Positions 36,807 to 47,138 of a stretch of 64,000 bases of DNA are shown piece by piece. Source of the stretch: Verrucomicrobiota bacterium (GTDB lineage Bacteria > Auribacterota > JABMQX01 > JAFGEW01); assembly GCA_016931415.1 (NCBI GenBank), contig JAFGEW010000099.1:18522-82521 (forward strand), written 5' to 3'. The notes under the pieces are model-generated. The model did no database searches and was not told where the DNA came from. It worked only from the letters and a program-made list of their open reading frames with translations. Position 1 is the stretch's first letter. Each line of letters begins with the position of its first letter. Position numbers and translations under genes: made by a program.

Positions 36807-38837
36807 ATGAACAGCCCCCGGGGAACGATTCGATTTCTTGTCCTGGCCGCGGTGCTTCTGACAGCGGCCTTCTTGCTGGGCTTCTGGATGCGAGGCGGGC
36901 ATGTGGAGCCCGCCGCGCGCCACGATCGCGCCGACGGCGATGAGGCTGAGGCGGCGGCGTGGTATTGCAGCATGCACCCGGAACTGGGGCATTTCCCGGA
37001 CCCTGGCCGTTGCCCGATCTGCGGCATGGCCCTGGTGCCGGTGCCGACCGAGCATGAGAGCAAGGAGCTTGGGCCGCGCCAGGTCCGGCTCTCGCCCTAC
37101 GCGCGGAAGTTGTCCGAGCTCGAGACGACCAAAGTTGTGCGCAAGCCCGTCGAGGCGCAGCTCCGCCTCGTGGGCAAGGTCGAGTACGACGAGACGCGCC
37201 TCGGCACCATCACCGCCTGGGTGCCGGGCCGCCTCGACCGGCTCTACGTGGACTACACGGGCATCCCGGTCCAGAAAGGCGACCACCTTGTCTATCTCTA
37301 CAGCCCGGAGCTGCTCACGGCGCAGGAGGAGCTGATCCAGGCGCTCAAGACGCTCCGCGCGCTCGAGGCGGGCTCGGCGACACCCGGCGCCGTCGAGTCG
37401 GCACGCCTGACGCTGGACGCTGTGCGCGAGAAGCTCCGGCTCTGGGGCCTGACGCCCGAGCAAGTCGCCGAGACTGAAAAGCGCGGCACGCCTTCGGACC
37501 ACATGACCATCTACGCGCCGATGAGCGGGATCGTCATCCACAAGAATGCCGTCGAGGGGATGTACGTGCAGACCGGCACGGTCATCTACACCATCGCCGA
37601 TCTGTCGCGCATCTGGGTCAAGCTGGATGCCTACGAATCGGATCTGCCGTGGATCAAGTACGCGCAGCGGGTCACGTTCGAGGCCGAGGCGTACCCGGGC
37701 GAGCGCTTCGAGGGCACGGTGGCCTTCATTGATCCCATCCTGGACGCGAAGACCCGGACGGTGAAAGTCCGTGTCAACGTCGAGAACCCCGAAGGCAGGC
37801 TCAAGCCGGGGATGTTCGTTCGCGCGATCGTTCGCGCGCAAGTGGCCGCAGGCGGCCGTGTGGTGAGCGCGGCGCTCGCGGGGAAATGGATCAGCCCAAT
37901 GCACCCGGAGATTGTCAAGGATGAGTCGGGAACGTGCGACGTCTGCGGCATGCCGCTCGTGCGCGCCGAGAGCCTCGGCTACGTCTCACCCGAGGACGTG
38001 CAGGCTGAGGCGCCGCTCGTCATCCCGGCCTCGGCCCCGATTCTCACCGGCAGGCGCGCTGTGGTCTACGTCGAGGTGCCGGGCGAGCCGGGCGTGTACG
38101 AGGGCCGCGAGATCGCGCTCGGCCCGCGCGCGGGCGACTACTACATCGTCAACGCGGGGCTGGCCGAGGGCGAATCGGTCGTCTCGAGCGGCGGCTTCAA
38201 GATCGATAGCGCCCTGCAGATCCTGGCCAAACCAAGCATGATGAGCCCTGAGGGCGGCACAGCGCCGCCGGACCACGATCACGGTGCGGCAACGCCCATT
38301 ACGCCCAACGGGGATACGGAAGCGGCCACCGGGCAGGAGATCGGCGTCCCCGCCGTGTTCACGACGCAGCTCGACGCCGTGCTCGGCGCGTATTTCGAGG
38401 TTCAGCACGCACTGAGCCGCGATGAGCTCGATGGCGCCACGGCGGGAGCGACCGCGCTGCTCAGCGCGCTCGACGAGGTAGACATGGCGTTGCTTCAAGG
38501 ACCGGCGCACGAGGCGTGGATGAAGGAGCTGCAGGGCTTGACGAAGAGCGCGAAGGCGCTCGCCACGGCGCGGGAGATCGCGAAGGCCCGCGAGGCGTTC
38601 GAAGCGCTTTCGGCCGGCGCGTACGTGGTCGCCAAGCATTTCGGCACGGGCGGCGCGCAGCCGATCCTGCGATTCCACTGCCCGATGGCCTTCGACGGCC
38701 GGGGCGCGGACTGGCTCCAGAGAACGACGGACACCGAGAACCCATACTTCGGCTCGCAGATGTTCAGGTGCGGCGAGCAGGTCGAGACCGTCGCCGCGGG
38801 AGCCGCCACCCAGCGCGACGAGCACGGCCATGAATAA
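36807..38837 (+). CDS. cusB: CusB-type membrane fusion protein with metal-binding and DUF3347-like domains
   Basis: CSMHP..CPICGM, YSPELLTAQEE, LKPGMF, PMHP..CDVCGM, HCPMA..NPYFG..CG. Confidence 0.88.
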   Translation: MNSPRGTIRFLVLAAVLLTAAFLLGFWMRGGHVEPAARHDRADGDEAEAAAWYCSMHPELGHFPDPGRCPICGMALVPVPTEHESKELGPRQVRLSPYARKLSELETTKVVRKPVEAQLRLVGKVEYDETRLGTITAWVPGRLDRLYVDYTGIPVQKGDHLVYLYSPELLTAQEELIQALKTLRALEAGSATPGAVESARLTLDAVREKLRLWGLTPEQVAETEKRGTPSDHMTIYAPMSGIVIHKNAVEGMYVQTGTVIYTIADLSRIWVKLDAYESDLPWIKYAQRVTFEAEAYPGERFEGTVAFIDPILDAKTRTVKVRVNVENPEGRLKPGMFVRAIVRAQVAAGGRVVSAALAGKWISPMHPEIVKDESGTCDVCGMPLVRAESLGYVSPEDVQAEAPLVIPASAPILTGRRAVVYVEVPGEPGVYEGREIALGPRAGDYYIVNAGLAEGESVVSSGGFKIDSALQILAKPSMMSPEGGTAPPDHDHGAATPITPNGDTEAATGQEIGVPAVFTTQLDAVLGAYFEVQHALSRDELDGATAGATALLSALDEVDMALLQGPAHEAWMKELQGLTKSAKALATAREIAKAREAFEALSAGAYVVAKHFGTGGAQPILRFHCPMAFDGRGADWLQRTTDTENPYFGSQMFRCGEQVETVAAGAATQRDEHGHE

Positions 38838-41800
38838 GCCGCCGAATGGACAGCGGGCCTCTGGACCGTCGCCCACAGACAAGGTCATCCGCTTCTTCCT
38901 CGAGAAGAAGGTGATAGTCCTCCTGCTCATCATCCTCGTCATCGGCTGGGGCCTGATGGTCGCGCCGTTCGATTGGAAGCTCGGCGGCCTGCCGCGCAGT
39001 CCGGTACCCGTGGACGCGATCCCTGACATCGGCGAGAACCAGCAGATCGTCTTCACCGACTGGATGGGCCGCTCGCCCCAGGACGTCGAGGACCAGATCA
39101 CCTATCCGCTCACGGTGTCGCTGCTCGGCGTGCCGAAGGTCAGGACGATTCGCAGCTACTCGGCGTTCGGGTTCTCGACGATTTACGTCATTTTCGAGGA
39201 TAAGGTGGACTTCTACTGGGCGCGCTCGCGCGTGCTCGAAAAGCTCAACAGCCTCGCGTCGGGCACGCTGCCCGACGGCGTCCAGCCGCGGCTCGGCCCG
39301 GACGCCACCGCGCTCGGCCAGGTATTCTGGTACACGCTCGAGGGCCGCGATGCGCAGGGCAACCCGGCCGGCGGGTGGAGCCTCGACGAACTCCGCACGA
39401 TCCAGGACTGGCACGTGCGCTATTCGCTGCTGTCGGCCGAGGGCATCAGCGAGGTGGCGTCCATCGGCGGCTTCGTCAAGGAGTACCAGATCGACGTCGA
39501 CCCCGACGCGATGCGGGCCTACAACGTCTCGCTCGGCGAGGTGGTGGCGGCCGTGCGCATGTCCAACGTAGACGTCGGCGCGCGCACGATCGAGATCAAC
39601 CGCGTCGAGTACGTCATCCGCGGGCTCGGTTTTGTCAAGAGCCTCGACGATATCGAGAACACCGTCGTCAAGGTCAACGACAACGTTCCCATCTACGTCA
39701 AGAACGTCGGCACGGTGGCGCTGGGTCCGGCGCTGCGCCGGGGCGCGCTCGACAAGGAAGGCGCCGAGGCCGTCGGCGGCGTGGTCGTCGTGCGCTACGA
39801 CGAGAACCCGCTTGCCGCCATCAACAACGTCAAGGAGAGGATCAAGGAGATCGCCCCGGGCCTGCCGAAGAAGACGCTGCCCGACGGCACGGTGAGCCAA
39901 GTGACGATCGTGCCGTTCTACGACCGAACGGGCCTGATCCACGAGACGCTCGGCACGTTGAACACGGCGTTGAGCCAGGAAATCCTGGTCACCATCATCG
40001 TCATCATCATCATGGTGGTGCACCTGCGCAGTTCTATGCTTATCTCGGCCGTGCTGCCGATGGCCGTGCTCATGTGCTTCATCGCGATGAAGCTCTTCGG
40101 TGTGGACGCCAACATCGTGGCGCTCTCGGGCATCGCGATCGCTATCGGCACGATCGTGGATATGGGCATCATCATCTGCGAGAACATCCTCAAGCATTTG
40201 GAGCAGGCCGGCCCGGACGAAAACCGTCTCGAGGTCGTCTATCGCGCCGCCAGCGAGGTGGGCAGCGCGGTGCTGACGGCTGTGGCGACCACCGTCGTGA
40301 GCTTCTTGCCTGTGTTCACGATGATCGCCGCGGAGGGCAAGCTGTTCCGGCCGCTGGCGTTCACGAAGACGTTCGCGCTTGTGGCATCGGTGATCTTCGC
40401 GCTGACCGTGATCCCGTCGCTCGCGCTGGTCTTCTTCCCGATCAAGGTGCCCAGCCGCGCACTGCGTCGCGTTCTGCTCGGCGCGCTCGTGGCCGCCGGC
40501 GTGCTCATCGGGGTGTTCGTCGTCTGGTGGGCGGGCGCACTCGTTGCGCTTGTGGGCGCCTACCGGCTCGTCGAGCCGCTGCTGCCGCCGAGGCTGAGGC
40601 GATCGGCGCCGTGGGTCACGGTGGGTCTCGTTGCCGGGGCGGTGGCCGTGGTGCTGGCCCAAGCCTGGCTGCCGCTCGGGCCCGAGAAGGGTCTTCTGCG
40701 CAACCTCGTTTTCGTCGCCGGCATCATCGGTCTGCTGCTCGCCTTTTTCCTGCTTTTCCAGCGCGTGTACCCGCGCATCCTGCGGTGGTGTCTTGACCAC
40801 AAGGCGGCCTTCCTGGCGATCCCGATCGTGCTCGTCTTTCTTGGCGGCATGGCGTGGCTCGGTTTCGATGCCTTCTTCGGCTGGCTGCCGCGCCCGCTCC
40901 GCACGTCGCGCCCGGTATCGGCCGTCGCACATGCCTTCCCCGGCTTGGGCAAGGAGTTCATGCCCCCGCTCGACGAGGGCTCCTTCCTGTGGATGCCGAC
41001 GACGATGCCGCATGCCTCGATCGGGGAGTCCCTCGACACGCTGCAGAAGCAGGATATGGCCATCCGCGCCGTGCCGGAGGTGGACACGGTCGTTGGCAAG
41101 ATTGGGCGCGCAGAGAGCCCGCTCGATCCCGCACCGATCTCGATGATCGAGACGGTCATCAACTACAGGCCCGAGTACATCGTGGACCGCAACGGACGGC
41201 GCATTCGGTTCCGGTTCGATCCGGGGCGGAACGACACCTTCCGGGCCGAGGACGGCACGCCGCTGCCTGCACCGGACGGCGAGCCCTACGTTGTCGCCGG
41301 GCGCTTCGTGCGCGACGAGGAGGGCCGGCTTATTCCCGACCGGAACGGGCGGCCCTTCCGCCTGTGGCGCCCGGCGCTCGATCCGGCGCTCCAGCCCGAC
41401 GGTGACCGCGCGGCGTGGTCCGGGATCCGCAACCCCAACGACATCTGGGAGGAGATCGTCGCTGCGGCCCAAGTGCCCGGTTCGACGACGGCCCCGAAGC
41501 TGCAGCCGATCGAGACGCGCCTCGTCATGCTCCAGACGGGCATGCGCGCGCCGATGGGCCTCAAGGTCAAGGGGCCGGACCTCGAGGCGATCGAGCAGTT
41601 CGGCATTCAGGTAGAGCGCCTGCTCAGGGAGGTGCCGTCAATCGAGGAGAGGACGGTCAGCGCCGACCGCATCGTCGCCAAGCCCTACCTCGAGATCGAC
41701 ATTGACCGCGAGGCGATCGCCCGCCACGGCGTGATGCTGCGCCAGGTGCAGGATGTCATCGAGACCGCCATCGGTGGCCAGACCATCACGACCACGGTCG

Positions 41801-43020
41801 AAGGCCGCGAACGCTTCCCGGTCCGCGTGCGCTACGCGCGCGAGTTGCGCGACACGATCGAGGCGCTCGAGGGGGTGCTCGTTCCCGCGCACGACGGGGC
41901 GCAAATCCCGCTGCGGCAACTGACCGAGGCTCACACGGAGATCAGCCTCAACGCCGAGAACGCGATGGACCGCAACCTCGATGAGGCAGCCGTGGCGAAC
42001 GCACTCCATGCCTTTATCGCCCAGAACGGCATCCGCCTCACCTACGGTAGCGCCTCGAGTTTCCCCGTCCATGTCCGGCGCAAGCGCGACTGGCTCACGC
42101 ACGAACAGGCCTTCGAGACTGTTACCGTGCGCAATGGGGCCGGGGAGGAGATTGCGTTGAGCGACGTGCTTCGCGTCGAGCACCTCCAGGGCGTGCGCTA
42201 CACGCCCGGGCCGCAGATGATCAAGAGCGAGGACACGTTCCTCGTCGGCTACGTGACGTTCGGCATGAAGCCCGGCTACGCGGAGGTCGACGTCGTCCGC
42301 CACGCGCAGGCGTACCTCGAGCATAAGGAGATGACGGGCGAGCTGCAGCGGCCGCCCGGGGTCAGCTACACGTTCTCCGGGAGCTACGAGAACCAGGTGC
42401 GCGCCGCGCGCACGCTCGCCGTCGTTCTGCCGCTGGCGCTCCTCATCATCTTCCTGATCCTGTACCTGCAGTTCAACTCCGTCCCGAGGACGCTGCTCGT
42501 CTTCTCGGGCATCGTCGTGGCGTGGTCGGGCGGCTTTATTCTGATCTGGCTCTATGCACAGCCGTGGTTCCTGGATTTCGCCGTCTTCGGCACCAGCATG
42601 CGCGAGCTGTTCTCCGTGCACCCGATCAACCTGAGCGTCGCGGTCTGGGTCGGCTTCCTGGCGCTCTTCGGCATCGCGTCGGACAACGGAGTGCTTATTA
42701 CGACCTACCTCAACCAGTCATTCGTGCGCCACAAGCCGATGACGGCTGCCGAGGTGCGTGCAGCGACGATCGAGGCAAGCCTGCGCCGCATCCGGCCCGC
42801 ACTCATGACGTCGGCGACGACCATCCTCGCGTTGGTCCCCGTGCTCACCTCCACGGGACGTGGTGCCGACGTCATGGTGCCGATGGCGATTCCGTCATTC
42901 GGCGGCATGTTGCTCGCGCTCATCACGGTGTTCGTTGTACCCGTGCTCTACTGCGCCATCGAGGAGCACAAGCTCAAAGGCGCGAAGCGGCGGGCTGCGG
43001 TGGCTGCGCCGCAGATGTGA
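38830..43020 (+). CDS. cusA: CusA-type heavy-metal RND transporter, enlarged to 1396 aa
   Basis: VDAIPDIGENQ, GIAIAIGTIVD, FMPPLDEG; Cu(I)/Ag(I) Met triad in LWMP, PISMIET and LVMLQTG. Confidence 0.92.
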   Translation: MNKPPNGQRASGPSPTDKVIRFFLEKKVIVLLLIILVIGWGLMVAPFDWKLGGLPRSPVPVDAIPDIGENQQIVFTDWMGRSPQDVEDQITYPLTVSLLGVPKVRTIRSYSAFGFSTIYVIFEDKVDFYWARSRVLEKLNSLASGTLPDGVQPRLGPDATALGQVFWYTLEGRDAQGNPAGGWSLDELRTIQDWHVRYSLLSAEGISEVASIGGFVKEYQIDVDPDAMRAYNVSLGEVVAAVRMSNVDVGARTIEINRVEYVIRGLGFVKSLDDIENTVVKVNDNVPIYVKNVGTVALGPALRRGALDKEGAEAVGGVVVVRYDENPLAAINNVKERIKEIAPGLPKKTLPDGTVSQVTIVPFYDRTGLIHETLGTLNTALSQEILVTIIVIIIMVVHLRSSMLISAVLPMAVLMCFIAMKLFGVDANIVALSGIAIAIGTIVDMGIIICENILKHLEQAGPDENRLEVVYRAASEVGSAVLTAVATTVVSFLPVFTMIAAEGKLFRPLAFTKTFALVASVIFALTVIPSLALVFFPIKVPSRALRRVLLGALVAAGVLIGVFVVWWAGALVALVGAYRLVEPLLPPRLRRSAPWVTVGLVAGAVAVVLAQAWLPLGPEKGLLRNLVFVAGIIGLLLAFFLLFQRVYPRILRWCLDHKAAFLAIPIVLVFLGGMAWLGFDAFFGWLPRPLRTSRPVSAVAHAFPGLGKEFMPPLDEGSFLWMPTTMPHASIGESLDTLQKQDMAIRAVPEVDTVVGKIGRAESPLDPAPISMIETVINYRPEYIVDRNGRRIRFRFDPGRNDTFRAEDGTPLPAPDGEPYVVAGRFVRDEEGRLIPDRNGRPFRLWRPALDPALQPDGDRAAWSGIRNPNDIWEEIVAAAQVPGSTTAPKLQPIETRLVMLQTGMRAPMGLKVKGPDLEAIEQFGIQVERLLREVPSIEERTVSADRIVAKPYLEIDIDREAIARHGVMLRQVQDVIETAIGGQTITTTVEGRERFPVRVRYARELRDTIEALEGVLVPAHDGAQIPLRQLTEAHTEISLNAENAMDRNLDEAAVANALHAFIAQNGIRLTYGSASSFPVHVRRKRDWLTHEQAFETVTVRNGAGEEIALSDVLRVEHLQGVRYTPGPQMIKSEDTFLVGYVTFGMKPGYAEVDVVRHAQAYLEHKEMTGELQRPPGVSYTFSGSYENQVRAARTLAVVLPLALLIIFLILYLQFNSVPRTLLVFSGIVVAWSGGFILIWLYAQPWFLDFAVFGTSMRELFSVHPINLSVAVWVGFLALFGIASDNGVLITTYLNQSFVRHKPMTAAEVRAATIEASLRRIRPALMTSATTILALVPVLTSTGRGADVMVPMAIPSFGGMLLALITVFVVPVLYCAIEEHKLKGAKRRAAVAAPQM

Positions 43021-43051
43021 TGCGCGCCTGCCGAAGGGCGTCGTAGCGCAG

Positions 43052-43723
43052 CTACGAGCTCTGCTGCCCGCCATGGACGTGGCGGACTACATCGCCCTCG
43101 ATCATGAAGATCACATCCTCGGCGATGTTTGTGGCGTGGTCGGCGATCCGCTCGAGGTTGCGTGACGACGAGAGGGCATGGACGGCCCGCTCGATCGTCA
43201 ACGGGTCGTCGTGCATGAGCTGCTGGAGTGCGTCAAACATCTCACGGTTGGCCGCGTCCACCTCGTCGTCGCGCCGAAGCACGCTCCGGGCCAGCATCTC
43301 GTCCATGTTCACGAGCGCATCGAGGCTCTGTCGCACCATGGTGCGTACCGTCTCGGCCATCCTTGAGAACCCTGCAGGGAGACGGATCGCATCATGTGTC
43401 GCGAGGTAGACGGCGCGCTCGGCGATGTTGGCCGCGAGGTCAGCCATACGTTCGAGGTCGTTGTTGACCTTCATCACGGCAACGATGAAGCGCAGATCGA
43501 TGGCGACGGGCTGATGCAAGGCGAGGATCTTGAGGCATTGCTCTTCCACTTCGACCTCACGGGCATCGATCACGCTGTCGCCGTCGATGACCTCGCGGGC
43601 GGTCTCGGGGCGGCGATCCATAAGCGCCTTGATCGCCTTGCCGATCGCTTCCTCAACCAGCGAGCCGACTTTCAGGATTTCCTTCTTGAGATGCTCGAGG
43701 TCACGTTCGAGATGCTTGGGCAT
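43052..43723 (-). CDS. phoU: Phosphate signalling protein PhoU
   Basis: QPVAIDLR, DLERMAD, LERIADHATNIAE. Confidence 0.95.
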   Translation of the reverse strand: MPKHLERDLEHLKKEILKVGSLVEEAIGKAIKALMDRRPETAREVIDGDSVIDAREVEVEEQCLKILALHQPVAIDLRFIVAVMKVNNDLERMADLAANIAERAVYLATHDAIRLPAGFSRMAETVRTMVRQSLDALVNMDEMLARSVLRRDDEVDAANREMFDALQQLMHDDPLTIERAVHALSSSRNLERIADHATNIAEDVIFMIEGDVVRHVHGGQQSS

Positions 43724-43778
43724 TGTTTGCTCCGTTTGTGAGACGTATCGGCCGGGTTCTGCCTGGCCGCTGGCATAC

Positions 43779-44606
43779 TCAACCGAAGCGGCCGGTGATG
43801 TAGTCCTCTGTTCGTTGCTCTTTCGGCTTCGTGAAGACCCGCCGCGTTACGTCGAACTCGACAAGCTCGCCCTCGTAGAGAAATCCAGTGTAATCGGAGA
43901 CGCGCGCTGCCTGCTGCATGTTATGCGTGACGATCATGATCGTATAGCGGCCTCGCAGCTCACGGATCAGGTCCTCGATCCGTGTCGTGGCTCGAGGGTC
44001 AAGGGCCGAGGTCGGTTCGTCCATGAGCAGCACATCGGGGTCGACGGCGAGCGCCCGGGCAATGCAGAGCCGTTGTTGCTGGCCGCCCGAGAGGCGCAGG
44101 GCATTCTCCGACAGCCGGTCCTTCACCTCGTCCCAAAGCGCCGCGCGGCTCAGGCTGCGCTCGACGATCTCCAGCAAGCGGCGGCGACCGCGGTTCCCGT
44201 GCAGGCGTGGCCCGTAGGCGACGTTGTCGAAGATCGATTTGGGGAACGGATTCGGCTTCTGAAACACCATGCCGACGCGGCGCCGCAGCTCAGCCACATC
44301 GACACGGGGGCCGTAGACATCCTCGCCGTCGAGCAGCAGCCGGCCGCGCGTCGAGCAGCCGGGGATGAGATCATTCATCCGGTTGACGGCACGCAGCAGC
44401 GTGCTTTTCCCGCAGCCGCTTGGTCCGATGATCGCCGTAACCTGCCCGGCCGGGATACTGCACGTGACGTGCTCGACGGCCCTATTCGTGCCGTACAATA
44501 CCGAGAACGCTTCGGCTTGGACATGCGCTTCGGATGGGGCGATCCCGTTGAGCGTGGCGTCCGCTGGTTCGCTCGTGACCTCGTTTTGCGCCGAAAGGCG
44601 GATCAT
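43779..44606 (-). CDS. pstB: Phosphate ABC transporter ATPase
   Basis: [33 protein letters not shown]. Confidence 0.96.
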   Translation of the reverse strand: MIRLSAQNEVTSEPADATLNGIAPSEAHVQAEAFSVLYGTNRAVEHVTCSIPAGQVTAIIGPSGCGKSTLLRAVNRMNDLIPGCSTRGRLLLDGEDVYGPRVDVAELRRRVGMVFQKPNPFPKSIFDNVAYGPRLHGNRGRRRLLEIVERSLSRAALWDEVKDRLSENALRLSGGQQQRLCIARALAVDPDVLLMDEPTSALDPRATTRIEDLIRELRGRYTIMIVTHNMQQAARVSDYTGFLYEGELVEFDVTRRVFTKPKEQRTEDYITGRFG

Positions 44607-44612
44607 GCCTGG

Positions 44613-45959
44613 CTACCCCCTGAGTTTCTTCGATAATCTCGCGCGTAGCGCGACGGCCACAACGTTGAGCAACAGCACGATGAGAACAAGGGTCAGCACC
44701 ATCCCGTATTGCACGTGCACGATCTCGTCCTGCGCGGCGTGCTCGGTGGTCAAGTTGTAGATGCTCCACGGCAGCGCGGGCGTGGGTTGTGTGAGCGTCT
44801 GCCACACCTTGAGCGGCCTGCCGACGCTGACTGCCGCGGTGAAGATGATCGGCGCCGTCTCGCCGGCTGCGCGCCCCATGCTGATCACGATCCCGGTGAG
44901 CACGCCCGGCAGCGCCGCCGGCAGCACAACGGTTAGTGTTGTGCGCAGGCGGCTTGCCCCGAGGCTCAACGCCGCCTCGCGGTAGGTGTTCGGCACGGCG
45001 CGGATCGCCTCTTCGGACGCGCGGATAATCGTCGGCAGTATCAGGACGGCTAACGTGAGCGAGCCGGCCAGCACGCTCTTCGAGCTCGAGACGTGGACGG
45101 TATTGACAAAGAAGGCCAGCCCGAACAAACCGAACACGATGCTCGGCACGCCCGCGAGCGTACTGATGAACGTGCGCAGCAGGCTCACGGCCCGGCCCTC
45201 GCCCGCGTACTCGGCCAAGTATATGGCTGAGATCACGCCGAGCGGGACGGCAAACAGCATCGCGCCGATGGCGAGGTAGATGGTCCCGAGCATCTCGGGC
45301 CAGATGCCACCGAACATATGCGCATCGAGCGACTCGTCGAATAGAAACCGCCAGTAGACGGTCAAGCGCGGGCGCAGCATGTCGTCCGCATGCTCCTCGA
45401 TGTAGGCAAACAACGGTTCGAGCGACGTGCCTTCGAACTGCTCGACACGAGGCGAGTAGACAAGCGTGCCCATCTTCGTCGGGTCGCTGTGGTCGTAGCT
45501 CTCGGCGTTCAGGATGAGATGCAGCACCTGCTGTGCGCGATCCCACCGGGTCGCCCCGTACTGGGCGCGGATGACAATCGGCCGTCTCTCGCCAGGGAAC
45601 GGGCCAAGCAACTCACGGAGAAGCTCCTTGATCTCGTCAAGCGAATCACGGTACTGGCGCCGTTCGGCGAGCCTCATTCCCACAAGGTCCTGCTCGAACG
45701 CGGCGATGACCTCGTAGACCGGACGGCGCGCCTCCGCCGTGCGGCCCATCTCCTCCGCGAGCGCCGAACGGCTGCCGCGCTGGAACTTCTCGAGCATGAG
45801 CCGCCGGTGCTCGACGGTCGCTCGGAAGACAAACGCCCGGCTTCCGCGTACGAAGATCGGTCCGAGGATCACAACGAGGGCCGCTCCCAGTAGCACGATT
45901 GAGGCGATCCCCAGCCCGGAGAACGCTTTGTCGAGTGCTTTGCGAGTCCCAGGCTGCAC
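44613..45959 (-). CDS. pstA: Phosphate ABC transporter permease with a large extracytoplasmic insertion
   Basis: LAGVPSIVFGLFG, REAALSLGA, GRAAGETAP; GTG start just after the pstC stop. Confidence 0.92.
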   Translation of the reverse strand: MQPGTRKALDKAFSGLGIASIVLLGAALVVILGPIFVRGSRAFVFRATVEHRRLMLEKFQRGSRSALAEEMGRTAEARRPVYEVIAAFEQDLVGMRLAERRQYRDSLDEIKELLRELLGPFPGERRPIVIRAQYGATRWDRAQQVLHLILNAESYDHSDPTKMGTLVYSPRVEQFEGTSLEPLFAYIEEHADDMLRPRLTVYWRFLFDESLDAHMFGGIWPEMLGTIYLAIGAMLFAVPLGVISAIYLAEYAGEGRAVSLLRTFISTLAGVPSIVFGLFGLAFFVNTVHVSSSKSVLAGSLTLAVLILPTIIRASEEAIRAVPNTYREAALSLGASRLRTTLTVVLPAALPGVLTGIVISMGRAAGETAPIIFTAAVSVGRPLKVWQTLTQPTPALPWSIYNLTTEHAAQDEIVHVQYGMVLTLVLIVLLLNVVAVALRARLSKKLRG

Positions 45960-45963
45960 GACG

Positions 45964-47136
45964 CTATCTCCCTCTGAGCTTGGCTTGTGCACGACGCACA
46001 ATCCATTCGCTCGCCAGATTGGCGAGTAAGGCAACGATGAGCAGGCAGAGCGCCAGAGCGAAGAGCACGTGGAACCGGGCCGCGCCCGTGACCTGCTCGG
46101 CCTCGCCCATGTCGCCGGCGATCGTCGCCGTCATCGTGCGCACCGGCTGCGTTAGGTCATACCACGGACTGGGGATCCTGGCGGCGTTGCCCGACGCCAT
46201 CCAGACCACCATCGTCTCGCCAAGCGCACGCATCACGCCGAGAATGACGGCGGCGAGAATCCCACTGCGTGCCGCTGGGATAACGACCTTGGTGAGCGTC
46301 TCGGCACGAGTCGCACCCAGGGCATAGCTGCCTTCGCGAAGCTCGCGACCGACCGCCTGCAGGGCGTCTTCGGACACGCTTACAATCGTGGGCAGTGCCA
46401 TGATGCCGAGGATGATCGATACGTTGAGGGCGTTTGTGCCGCTCGGGATCTCCAGCCGGCCACATGCTCCGGCGACTTCCAGCAATCCATACACACCGGC
46501 GGCACCCAAAGCAACGGCTGCCACGAGGCGCACCGGCAGACGTACACGTTCCGGCCAGCGCACGGCGAACAGGTCGCTCACCACCAGCACGACGAGCGCG
46601 AGCATCGGCAGACCGATGGCCCACGCAGCCACCGTCAGCAGATGCCCGCCCTTTTCCTGAAGCAGGGGAGCAAAGACGACGAGGGCGAAGAAACCGTAGG
46701 CGACCGATGGAATGGCCGCCAGCACCTCGATGATCGGCTTGACGATCTGGCGGAGTGCGAACGGCAGCACGTCGCTCAGACAGAGCGAGGCCGCCAACCC
46801 AAGCGGCACGGCCACAACGATGGCGCCGAGCGTCACGATCCCGCTGCCGACGAACAGCGCGAGCGCGCCGAACTCCGGGGGGGGAGCCGACGGATACCAC
46901 CGTGTGCTGCCGAAGAACTCGGCGATACCCCGCAGCCGGAAGAACGGGAGCGCGTCCTTGAGGATGAACGCGACGATGAACAGCACGGCGATGGCAGAGC
47001 TTGCCGTCACGGCAAACAGCACGCCCCTCGTGGCAAGAGCGGCGAGCCGTTTGGCTCGGCTCGCCCGCTCACTCAACGAAAGGCTGCGTCGGCCGGGACG
47101 TGCTTCCTCGTCGTGCGTGGTGCCGATTCGAGCCAA
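45964..47136 (-). CDS. pstC: Phosphate ABC transporter permease
   Basis: LAAIPSVAYG, YALGATR, RALGETM. Confidence 0.93.
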   Translation of the reverse strand: MARIGTTHDEEARPGRRSLSLSERASRAKRLAALATRGVLFAVTASSAIAVLFIVAFILKDALPFFRLRGIAEFFGSTRWYPSAPPPEFGALALFVGSGIVTLGAIVVAVPLGLAASLCLSDVLPFALRQIVKPIIEVLAAIPSVAYGFFALVVFAPLLQEKGGHLLTVAAWAIGLPMLALVVLVVSDLFAVRWPERVRLPVRLVAAVALGAAGVYGLLEVAGACGRLEIPSGTNALNVSIILGIMALPTIVSVSEDALQAVGRELREGSYALGATRAETLTKVVIPAARSGILAAVILGVMRALGETMVVWMASGNAARIPSPWYDLTQPVRTMTATIAGDMGEAEQVTGAARFHVLFALALCLLIVALLANLASEWIVRRAQAKLRGR

Positions 47137-47138
47137 GA

